Below are positions 24,801 to 37,300 of a stretch of 64,000 nucleotides of DNA, piece after piece (the first letter of the stretch is position 1; each line of letters opens with the position of its first letter). Location of the stretch: assembly GCF_040938485.1 (NCBI RefSeq), contig NW_027271046.1, positions 496,001-560,000 of the forward strand. The letters are read 5' to 3'. This DNA comes from Diadema antillarum. Lineage: Eukaryota. The notes below the pieces were generated by a model. It did not search any database. It was given only the letters and a program-made list of their open reading frames with translations, and was not told where the DNA came from. Made by a program: the position numbers and the translations under genes.

Positions 24801-27800
24801 CCTGCATGGCTTGGCCCTCCTGGAAATCCTCCTCCTCATCCTCCTCTTCGTCTTCCTCATCATCTTCCTCATCATCAACCTCTTGGTGCATCGGGTGCCT
24901 GAAGAGGTAAAGACAATACATCCAAATCAATTATCAGAAACACAAGCAGTCCGCATAATGCTTACTCTCCAAATGAAGCAAATAAGAGTTTTCATTAACA
25001 GAGACAGTTTGAAGACTGATCATGAACTCTGTTTACTGTTCACAGTTGCATATTCCCTAAGATTCAATGAGCTGATTATCCTGCTATATGCCTCAACTTT
25101 GAATGAAGTCTAATGAATGTGTGTTTGGTAATGAGTGAGTGTCTGAAACAAAACCATGGGCAGATAGACAGCGATGGATGGAGCCTCTCATGGTGTAGAA
25201 ACATGGAAAATCACTAGATTGTTAATAGTTCATACAACAATGGAATTGGATTGGAAGAGGTTCATCGTGGTGAAGAATGAATGAAGAAAGTAATCAGTTG
25301 TCTCACGATGTGCAAACGTTGAGAGGTTGTGACGTTTCGACTGCAAACTGCTAGTCTTCGTCAGGCAATGAACATAGCATGAACATCGCCGAGATGTTCG
25401 ACTTGGACGCACGGAGAGTTCCGCTGTCGCCGAACATGCATGGTCATCCGAGCACCATCCCAACTGGGAAAAGGTTAGCTGCATTATCCACATCCGTCTA
25501 CACCCGAACAACATCAACAGGGATAGCGGCATTGACATCCCTGACGAATGGTTATCGGCCATTCGACGCCACTCGACCAACCGGTTTGAACCGGTTCGAG
25601 ATAGCAACCCCCCCCCCCGGGAACAATAGCAGCACCGCGCCCAGTGATTGGCCATTGACAGCGGCCAACCACAACGCAGGAGCACCTCGACCAATAGCAG
25701 GCCAGCGGCACCGGCCAATGGCAGTCCAGCTCACACCTCAGTAGAGCCGGACAATAGCGCGCCCGGTCGCCCGGGCCCCCTTCACAGCTGTATAAACCGC
25801 ACACAGCGAAGTCTATGTTCATTGCCTGACGAAGACTAGCAGTTTGCAGTCGAAACGTCGCAACCTCTCAACGTTTGCACATCGAGAGACAACTGATTAC
25901 TTTCTTCATTCAACAATAGAATTATTGCACAAATATTGGTGCTGATCTGCTGATCCCTGATCACGGACACAAGAAACCCTAGGTATTCCTATGAATTTTG
26001 CAAACGTCTTTTTTATTCTCAGAATTATGTGTTTGGGCTACATTTCTAAACTTCTGTCAGAAAAATCTTGTGTCATGACAACTCAATACTCTTATCAACT
26101 TTGAAAGGAAGAAAAAGTTAAAACAACAGCAACAAACAGAAAGTGACCATGCCTAGTGCTTGAGAAGCACTATGTTGCATAGGATTTCAAATGCTGATAT
26201 GCAACAAAAATACAGTAAACCTCGGATAAGTCGACGTCGAGTGAGTCGAAAATCACTTAACTAGAAGCAAAATAAAAAGTCCCGATTTTTCCCTATGTGT
26301 TTTTTCTAAGAAATATTTGGATAAGCCGAAGTGCGATAGTCGAATTTCGGCTGTGTCGAAGTAAAACATTCAGTCCCTTTTGTACAAAATACACGTAGTT
26401 TACATCGCTTGAGCCGAAGAAAATTTCTCTGGCATTCTCATTACATTTAGAGGAGAATAAAAAATCGGCATGTCGCAGAACCCCGTCCCTGACCTGCTGC
26501 AGGTAAGCATGCACACTCACCGTACTGCTCCGCACGCATGTCGAATACATACACATGTATACACACAGCACATCGATCCATACTTTATCCATACACACAG
26601 CACATCCATACTTTATCCATGTCAAGCCAGAACTCCTTGGTCAACCAATCGCTGCTTTAATATTTTAGTGACAGGCCAAGTGGGCGGAGCTTGTTTGTGG
26701 GTGCCCGGCTGGCTGTATAGTTTTGTTCAATGGAGTTGGGATGGGCCTGGGAGAGTGTTTGTCTCATGGTAGGTTTATGGCTACCTATGTTGCACCATGG
26801 ACATAGCACATGCACGTTGCCACATTAGCGCAGACATTCTCAGAACTACGTTTAACTACACTAGTATTGATACAAATTCCATGTTCAATTTAGAACAAAA
26901 TAAGAACATTATCTTCAAGAACAGACAAATTTGAATGCAAACACACACACGCAAGCACACACACACATACATGCATGCAAATGTACTATAATACATGTAC
27001 ATAACTGTGAGTCGAAAAAAAATCGACTCTCGCGAGAGTCGAAGTTCACTTAAGTCGACGCATTTTTGTCAGTCCCGAGAGCTTCGACTCATGCGAGGTT
27101 TACTGTATGTGCAAATTTCAGAAATCAACAGGCAAAAACACAACATGATTTAATAGAAATATGTGAAAAAAAACACACACAAAAAAGGAGAAATTCATTG
27201 TGATGAAATGGTATGGCATGGATCACGACAGCACATGACTCTTAACTTCTAAGTTGTTTTCTATTTCGTTGTCATGAAGTGTTTTTTGTTGTGTGATTCT
27301 TGTTATCAGACCACACTACAAATGCATAACAACCACTGTATGCAAAGTAAACCCAGGTCAGGAAAACCCTATCAAAGGCTTGTGTTCACATCCCTCATCT
27401 ATCCACACCCCAAACAGTACAGAAACTCTACCCGTTGAGGACGGATTAATTTTGCTACAGCACATATTTTCCACAGACACTTACACAAGTATTCTCGGGA
27501 CTCATCTTCAATGGGTTAAGATGCTTATCGTCGCTGGGGCAACAAGACCTCGTATCTACAAAATGTCAAAGGTTCAGGAGAGCCCCAAAACATGGCAGCC
27601 AAAGCACAATATAGCAAATGGAAAAGCCTTTCCCTTGACATGCCTTGGTGGCTTCATTTTTGGAGTAAGACATCTAGGATTTGGACAGGACATCACTTAC
27701 CTGATTATTTGACCATAAATCCAAAAAAGTCATTTTCACCAAAATTTGAGATACACAGTCTTGTCACCCCAGTGACGTTATGCATCCTGGTCGATTCCCA

Positions 27801-30800
27801 TGGTCATTTTGGCATGAAAAACAATAAGACCCTAGAACAGTACGAAAACATGCATGTAAAGATTTGTATCTTCCTTGTGATATTTCAATTTGAAGTTACA
27901 AGATAGAAAACAAAACAATATCGTTTCATGCAAACTAACACACTCCTAACAAGGAGTAACATAGGGATTTGTTTTTTTTTTCAAAATAAAGATAGACTCC
28001 CTCCTCTCCTGTATTGCTCATGTGCTTCAGAAGGACTAATTCCTTCTAAGCACATTGGAGTTAATATACAAGTCATTAGTATCATTATGATTAAGGTAAA
28101 TGTAAAACATGGCAATCTTTTGTTTTCTCACATAAACATTAGACTGACTTTGAAGTGAGATCAAAAGATAAAATCTCCCCCTAAAAAAATAAAAAAACCA
28201 CAACAACAAACAACACACAAATCCAAAACCAACGAAACTAAACATGGCTAGTACCTTCAAGTTTCATAATCAAATTATCAGCAACACGTTAGTCACCTTT
28301 TTACATAATTTATGTAAAGAAGGTGGAACACAACATTTGAAAGTGTATCTCCACAATGTTATTCAACACCAAGGGAATGTCTTGAATAATAAATCATAGG
28401 AGACAAATAAACAGGAACACTGTTGAACATGGTGTAACTTAACACCCTGTACCTTGCCCTAGGTCTAGTTCCACTTGCTCTCGGCTTGCCCTCATAACTA
28501 TGCCTAGCTCTATTTTTCTTGGCCCTGACAGTCTGGCTGTTCAGCCAGGAGGCGACTGATGCCTGGGAGGACTGTGACAGGAAGTGTTTCCTGTGGAGGG
28601 GTAGCCATGACAACACTGCAAAAGTTGTGCATCCATTCATAATATATGCAGAAATAACATATACTCTTAAGTACTTCACAATGCTGAGTGAGGAATCTTG
28701 CATCTGCATCAAAAAGTGGCAGCTCTACTGCCTGAGGATTTAACACATATCTGAAGACAAATTTTGCATCTTAGACATCTAAACTACTGCAGCAAAGTTG
28801 ACACCATAGCCAAAAGTGATCACAGCCATCAATATCAAGATGAGGTAAACCCCCATCCTTCCCCCTCCTTTAAAAAAAAAGAAAAAAAAAGAAATGCCAC
28901 CAAGCTGTATATAACTGCAGAAGGGATGCGAAAAGAGAATGGATTAGACACTCTTCATTTAATGTGTATTCAATAGAGACACAGTAAACATCACTTGCTA
29001 GAAACTATCTTTGACTTCGCACTCAAGAAACATTTTACTGAATTTGGTCCCAGTGCAATCCATGCATGACCCTGAAAGTAGGGAGTAAGTACTGTAATAC
29101 CAAAAATTTTCGTGAGCATGAAACTTTTGTAAATTTCCTGAGGAACTGAGATTTGCGAAAGCAAAATGCACCAGCAAGTTTTTGTCTACACAATGCATCA
29201 AAGTCCAGTGGCTATTCGCTAAAGTTTCATGCTTCTGGTTTACAATAATTGTTTCCATCAATAACATGACACCATTCCCAGGCATGAAAGAAACAGTGAG
29301 CTGAATGAATGCAGACACTACTAAACCATGGATTTTTCACTTGGCTAGTAAATGAGAGACAGCAATATGGGAAAAAAAGACTCAGACACTCACTCAAAGT
29401 CTCTCTCTGATCCCTGAAGGGAAGCCTCTTCATCGGCGCGAAGACGTTTCGCAGCCCCTGTCACGTTCATGTGAGCATCGCGGGACAGCCACTGGTCGTT
29501 GGTTCCCTCCTCTACACAAACAGAAAGGACATCAGGATATTTGTTAACCCAAATCTTCCATTATTTTAAAAATAATTGTGAAGGGATTAATCAGAGTGTC
29601 AATACACATTTTCACAAATTAATTACAAAAACTATTCCATTATCTTGCAAAGAGATCGATCCTAGAGCATTGGCATGTTTGACTGTGAAAGGAAAGGGTC
29701 CTAGAAGCATGTCAGTGCACTCTGGGGAGAGGCTCTTAGTACAAATCATGGAATGATTTACAAATCAGAGCTATTGACTAATCATGAAGTAAAGTATCCT
29801 TTTTCAATGCCTGTATATCAAATAACTTGCAACGATTTAGGGTGAAAAAAAAAAAAATCACCATGATTTACTGCTGCAGTCCATAAAAAATCAGTGAGTT
29901 TATATTAATTATTATGTTAGACAGTAGACGTTATCAATTTGGAAACAACAAAAAACTTATCATTATTATCTTTTTAAAGAAATCTAATTCAAATTGATCG
30001 GAATCCATGTCCATTCTTACCCAGATAGCTATACATTTATCATTGCAAGGTTGGAAACTACAATCTCACTAATATCTTCCAACCACATCATATGAGCCAG
30101 TCTGACTCCCCTCTCAGATTATATGACTGCACCCTGACTGCATAATATGCCACCCTTCCCAAGAAGAGAAATGGTCGGATTCACTCACCCCCTTGCATGG
30201 CCATTTTCCTCTTGAGGTTCTTAGCCTGCTTCTTGGAGACCTTCAAGGGGCGTGGCACCTCTGGCAACCTCTCCACCAGGTCTCCCTGCAGGAGGCTGTG
30301 CCGGTAGATCCTCAGGGGCGCCCACTCCTCCCCCTCCTGCTCCGTCATGCCCTCCTTAAGGTTCTTGTCAAGGTACTGCAGCCTGTGGGGTGGGGGAACA
30401 GGGGAACCATGAATTGAAGAGAATCAGTTAAGTGACTGCAGCACTGAGTTCGCATGGGTAAAGGTCTCAACTCTCTTTGAGATTCTGGATTAAAATTAAA
30501 ATAAAAACAACTGGCTAAATTTGGCTAATTTTTGTACCCCCAGTTTTTGCCATTATAGCTCATGTGTGTTTTTTCTGGTTCATTACCTCTCAGATTGTCT
30601 GTCTGCCTATATGTATGTACATTTGTATGTACACATGTGTACACGTTTGTCTGGCTGTCTGTGAAACTTTGGAGTGTGCATATCTATACATGTTTATACA
30701 GTATGTATACATGCTTACTTATGAAGGTGTGTACATATAAATGTATGCATATCAACACCACATCACCGAATGTATCATTAGTTGTAATCATATGAGATAA

Positions 30801-31317
30801 GTTTTTCTTTCCTTGGGGGTCAAAGGTCAAACTATGAATGGTTTTCTTACACAGTGCGTTTGTCCTGCCTCATGAGTTTGCTGCTGAACTCGGTCAAGAT
30901 TTCCAGGTAGCCTACATTAGGGGGAGGGCCATACTCATTGGCTGGGTCCTCCAGTGGAGTCAGGCTGAACTGGATCCCTTCCCTGTGAGGGTGGGCGGGT
31001 ACACAAACAAACAAACAAACAAACAAATAAACAACTTGCCATGAATATAATCCAGCATACTAAACTTGGGCTTAACACACATTAGCCACACATATGATCC
31101 AATATACTGCACTTCAGTTTATGAGCTTTCCATGAATATGTATAAAATGATACCTGCTGATCTTCTTTTTGTATTATCATGGAATAATATTGTACATTTT
31201 AGATGATAATTCACCTGTTTCCACTATCATGATTTGAAAATTTGCTCAGTAACTTTGTTTAATTGACATAGTACTACATTTATGTATAGAAAAGTAATGC
31301 AAATAATCACTCACTCA

Positions 31318-31364
<47 letters not shown>

Positions 31365-34300
31365 CATTTATTGATCGATCGATCAATCAATCAATCAATC
31401 AATCAACACAATTGAGTACAAGTGTATACTGCGTTAGATATGGTGCATTATCTACGGTATGTAATATACAAAGCAGGGTCTTGGTTTCCTACTTGTGCAG
31501 GGCAGCCACTGCATCCCTGGTCTTGATCTGGTCCAGGCCAAAGGTGAGAGAGAATCGTCGGGCCAGCTCCTTGATAGCGTTCAGCTGGCTCTGAGTCTTG
31601 GCCTCATCATAGCCCATGTCACCCTTCATGTCCTTGAAAAGCTGCACACACACAATTTAAACAAACATCACTTGAAAAGGAACTTGTTACGAGTTTTAAG
31701 TTTTAATTACAACTTATGAGCAGCATCGGTGTTAGTTTGGTCCTATGACAGTATCTAAGCAAGGAGGTTCAAAAATGGAGTCACAACAGTCTTATTCGCT
31801 TTGATCCCATGCTCGAAGCCGCCACTCAAAATTTTTTTGAAGTATGTGTCAAACTGGATCTGCCGCTCAGATGTGAAGACAATTGACTCGTCTCATTGCA
31901 TAATCACCAGCCACTTTCCAAGGAAGATATGTCTTTGTGATGGTAATTGCTTTTCGCTATCCCTACTTACAAACGATGGGCGGTAGACAATGGTAAAGGC
32001 ACGGGGGTGCGCGAATAGAAATTGCTCAAATATTGCTGAAATAGATATCAAAATTACTTGACTGTACGTGTCTGTATGCTAATCTGACATATCAATTTAT
32101 AAAGAACTATACTTGAAGATGATACCATATTAGTTTCATTTGGCGGAAATAAGGAGAAAAGTGATAAAACCGGCTTTCCATGAGGGTAAAATTTCAAACA
32201 CTTTCACAAAATACAGCTCAGATAAACACTTTTACACATATTTTCAAACGGAATTGACTTTTGTTTTATATGCTTTATCATTAGGTGAAATTTCATTGCA
32301 TTTGATATAAATTTAGTTTATTTTTATCTAAATTTTATAAACGAGCAGCATATACCCGATATTATGTTAGCGTTAAAAATGAATCTTCAGATTGCTCAGA
32401 AAGATGGCGGCTTCAAGCATCAAACATCAAAGGCACAAATGCACCTGTGGAATTCTTTTGTCCATCCATAGAAAACTGACAGCTGATTGAATAATTATAG
32501 TCAGTTGCACTCCATCTCTCGAACCTCCTTGATCGAAGTGAAGACATGTGAGTAACAAGCATAACTGTAGATCTACCTGTTAAAACATGATATTTTGATT
32601 TTTCACAGAACCTTCTTGGTACTGGATGCATCAAAGCATATTGTTTTCATCTGAAGCATTTACTGTGGATCCGCAAATCATATCTTATTATCAACAGGAA
32701 ATATTGCAAAATAGGAATATCTCAAATTATTCATGATATCCCCTGCCAGCACTAATATCTTTATTGACAAAAACACAAATGAATGTATGTTCATTTTTCC
32801 CCTTTTTTAGGCTCAATCTTACAATGACTACCAGGAATATTTCACAGCATACACATAATAAGAAAACTGTTCAGCAGAGAAACGAAATAATGACATGACA
32901 TTACACAGCAGTCACAGTATAAGAGAGTGAATAGAATTAGGGCATCTGTTCATAGTAACAGACAGAGACAAAAACACGGGTCTAGACACTATAGAACATG
33001 GGTGAGTTGTGTCCAATTACATAGCAAGTGAGAAACAGAGAGAAAAATGGAAAAATAGACCAACTGGGTTTGGCTGACGTACACAGGGTACAATAAACAA
33101 AGGGAGGGTGGAATAGATGCTAGAGGTAGACAGACAGATGAAAGGTGAGGGACCCCATCAAACCTTAACCCCCAGCACAGTATGGTAAACAATGATGGGG
33201 GGGGGGGGAGGGATGGCAACAGGGAGATTGAAATCAAAACAGCTGGGCAGCATTTTCGTGAAGCTTGCCAGGCACTGACAACTCTTCTAAGCTACTGAAA
33301 TCCTTTCGTCTGATTGGCTGCGAGCAAATTTGTCAGTGAAAATCACCAATGAACCACTTCATGATATGCCCCTCCCCATCACAGCATACTTCGACTGACC
33401 TCACTGGCTTACAGGCCACGGGTAAAGAGACTGGCAGAGAGGGGCGGAGTCGCAGAGAGATGGAAAGTCCAGAGATATCAAATTACCACAATGAGCATTA
33501 AGTATGTACAGATTACAATCAAATGCCCAAGGGAGATATAGAGACCTGGAGACACTGAAGATAGACATCTTGACCTCATTTGATACGAGTGATGTACAGG
33601 GTGCAACAAGAAGGTATTGGGGAGGTGGGGGGGGGGGGGTAGGGACACAGAGATTTAAGCTATAAAGTCTCAAACAATATTTCTATAGTTTGCTGCTTTT
33701 TCCTTTTATTATTACAAGTGGGTACACTTTTTACCATCTACTGTTAGTATTTCATCGGGGAAGGCAAAAAAATTTCTTCTTTGTGAACCCTTTGTTGTTG
33801 TTCACATACAATTGTTTTGGTTGCATAATTGTCAAAAGCCTCTTAATTGCTAAATTCTAAACTGGCACTGTATTTGAGAAGATTTTTACTGAATTCTCCC
33901 TCAAATTGACAAATTATCGTACATTTATTTCTAATTTGTGCAGACTTAATTAATTTAGGCAGTTCCAACTACTTTTCTTTCTGCCCACAATAAGATAAAT
34001 GGTGAAATTCGGAGATGACACTTTAATGATGGCAAGATGATATCTGTCAAAGAAAATTCTCCCCTAACTCGATGGCTAAAAGTGACAAGGCTATATCTGA
34101 CCTGCGTGAGACTGAGACCCAAAGTACGTGCGCAGCTGATCTTGTTGTTTTCTCTCGACTTCGCCAGTGTCATCTTGATGATGTCCCCATAGTCATTATA
34201 AAACTGAAAAGAATGAAGTTAGCATTGGCTAATTACATCTTCAACTGGGCACTGACTGACACAGAGGCCCGAATTCATGAAGGTAGTTCAAATCTAAACC

Positions 34301-37300
34301 ATGGTTTAAATTTCGAACATGGTCTAAAACAAGCGTGAAATAAGCGTACCTTTGACATGCGCACATAAACATGCGTTTGTTACTGGACATCTGTTGCCGT
34401 ACTCAATCTGTCAATCGTATTTATGCAACAAAAAAATTTGCATAAACCGTGGCCTAAATTTAAACCACCTTTGTGAATTCGGACCATAGTGAGAATTACC
34501 AGATTCATAAAGAACATTGGGAGAGTATGGTACTTGTCCAATCAAATCGTCCTCATTTTAAGTGCAAGTGATCACAAAGTAATTTCACACCTACATTTCA
34601 CTTCAGTACAACAGATCACTCTTATTTTATCCTCATAAGTACAATTCTTGGTATGTGTTGAGATGCAGCTTCATACACACGTAAGTATCCTTATTTGCAA
34701 TGTTTTCATTGAAATAAAGGCAGCTGAAGGAACAAATACATACTTCAGCATCATCACATTCTCTTGCAATTTCAACTAAAACATGAGAGAATACACTCTT
34801 ATAGTCAAAATAAACTTTAGAACATCTTCAGCAAAGAAAGAGAATAAAATCAACTGGATTCACTTTTTTTTCCTCTCACTTCCAGAAAAAAAAAAGGTGT
34901 CTTGTTTGATCTAACATTCTGCATATCACTCTAAAAAGGAATAAAAGTCATCAGAAATAATGAGACAATTAAGCTCAAGGCCACCTTCAATTGCATACAT
35001 ATCAATAGTGTTACACACGATGTGTGAAATGTTTAGTTTATTCAAAGGCTAGTATCAAATCTGTAGAAACTGTTACATCTGATGTAAAACAATAAATAAA
35101 TAAATAAATGAATGCACTACCAATGAAATTATCAATATGAAACAAAATATATTTTGTGTAAATCCACATTATACAAAAGACAATTGAACATTCTTACAGC
35201 CATGATTACTAAGATTCATTTGTCTAATGTTCTGAACCATACCCAAGCAGCTGTTGAGATGATTGGTGTACTAACCTTCATGTAGTGCTTAAAGATGCCT
35301 GACGCGTTCCTCATCTCAATGATGCTGAAGACGATCAGCTTACAGAAGGAGGCCAGGAGGTTGCGCCTCTTGTGGAGGACCTCGATCTTGTGGGAGTCGT
35401 CCCCCTCCTCTTCATCTTCTGTCAACAGAGGGCGGCATGACCATGCTCAAGAAATGAATCGCGACTGCAGCACAGCACAGTAGCCTGCCACATTTATGCT
35501 CTTCAATCATACACATTTTGCATTTACCATGGTACTTTTATTTAGCAAGGAGTACAATACAATTAATATGCACTTAATATGCACCTTAAAGGGAAAATTG
35601 TACAGAGACTGTTATCGGACATGCTATAAAAGTAGTGTCTAATATTTCGTGAATTAGGACTTTCTGATAACATTGTGAGTGGATGAATTTGCAATAATGA
35701 AGTACAGCAGTAAACAGAAAAAGTTGGAAGTGTGTACATCCATTCGCACAGTAGGCATGCCAGCGCCAAGGCCTACTAAAATGTATTATCACGCACCTTG
35801 TTCATGTACTGTGTACTGCATACCAGCATGTGTGCGTGTGCACATTACATTTATTTTGGAGTCAAAGTTGATATTTTTGTGAATTTTTGAATTCACCAAC
35901 AGCATCCAACTCACTGGTTTCGAGAAAATAAAAACCTCACAAAATATATGCGATATGCAGCAGTTTTTTAACTAAAAGGAAAACACAAAAGCATCACTAA
36001 ACTTTTAAACCAGATTTCACACTGGAGAAGAATGTTAGAACTCAAAATCAGCAGATTATTAAACATCTTATTCTCCTGTTGCCTGCTCAGCAGAAGGGCC
36101 CTAATCCTTGCTGGTGTGAAAAATCACAAAAATTATGATCTCATCATATGAAAGAGCTTTCAAATCTCTGACAAATTATGTACAGAACAAAACTTTGATT
36201 TTGAGGTGGATTTCGTGCTAGGGAACTCTGTTCTTCTCTCTCACCTTCATCATCTTCTTCCACGAAGACATGCTCCTGCACAAAGTCCGACAGCTGCGTC
36301 TGCAGGTTGAGGTTGGCCTCGTAGACCAGCGGCGTGAGGGCGCTCTGTATGGCCAGCTGGCGGCTGAAGACCACCATCAGGTCGCAGATGGTGGTGAAGG
36401 CGTCCTCCCGGATCTGCTCGCTGCCGTCGATGAGGAGGGAGGAACAGGTCTTGATCAGCTCGCTGCACTGTTTCCTGATCTTCCTCATGTCAGACTGCTC
36501 ACCAGAAGGTGTGGGAGAGAAAAGAGTTTGAATGATATATATTGAACGAAAAGATAATATACAGAGAGAGATAGACAGATTAATAGATGGAGCTTAATAG
36601 ATAAGTACATAGATCGATTGGTAGGTTGATAGATAGATAGAGAGACAGATGAATAGATATACAGATGGATAGATATAAAGTTATATAGATTGATGGGTGG
36701 ATAAATAGATAAATAGATAGACAAATGAACAGATAGATGGAGATAGGCAATATTGTGAGGAAAAGATGAGATGGGAGGGTGAGAGAAAGACATGAGGAAT
36801 GAGAATTTCACATACAAGGACGTGATGACACATAATTATTCAAACCATGAGCTCCTAACAATACATGCCAACCTTTTCAGTTTATGCTCTGCTGAAAGAT
36901 ATACGTTTTAAAAAGAAAAAAAAAGGGAAGGGAGAAGAAAAAAATACAAATTCATATGTAGTGCATAGCAGGTAACGCTACATTTAAAGCATTAGGTTGT
37001 CATAGTAACACAAGAAGGATGGTTGGGGGGGATGATGGGAGAAGGGGTAAGGGAACATCCTTCTCACCATTTCTGGATTCAGGTTGTCCAGTTTGGACAT
37101 GTTCCACATGATGCCATAGTGGCAACAGGCAATGGCGTGGGTGAAGATCTGGTCTGGGGCTGTCCCACGGTCACTGCATCGCTTGACCAGACTGAACAGG
37201 GAGTCATACAACTCCCATGGTGTCAAGTCGTGGCAGCTATGGAGAGGCAAAACAGGACAAAAGGAACAAGAAAAAAAAAAAGAATGAATAAATCTTGTCA

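Larger units (their letters stand above)
25278..25912 (+). mobile_element. Truncated Penelope-like retroelement with inverted terminal (pLTR-type) repeats
   Basis: 100-bp inverted repeats 25278-25377 and 25813-25912 (2 mismatches), each containing a hammerhead motif. They enclose a GIY-YIG C-terminal remnant and a CCAAT/TATA promoter-like stretch. Confidence 0.88.

Noticed and set aside
25230-25822. ORF-track ORFs 25230-25718, 25379-25744 and 25514-25822 as genes
   Set aside because: They are alternative frames of GC-rich PLE sequence; the recognisable peptide is in the ATG-less frame starting at 25378.
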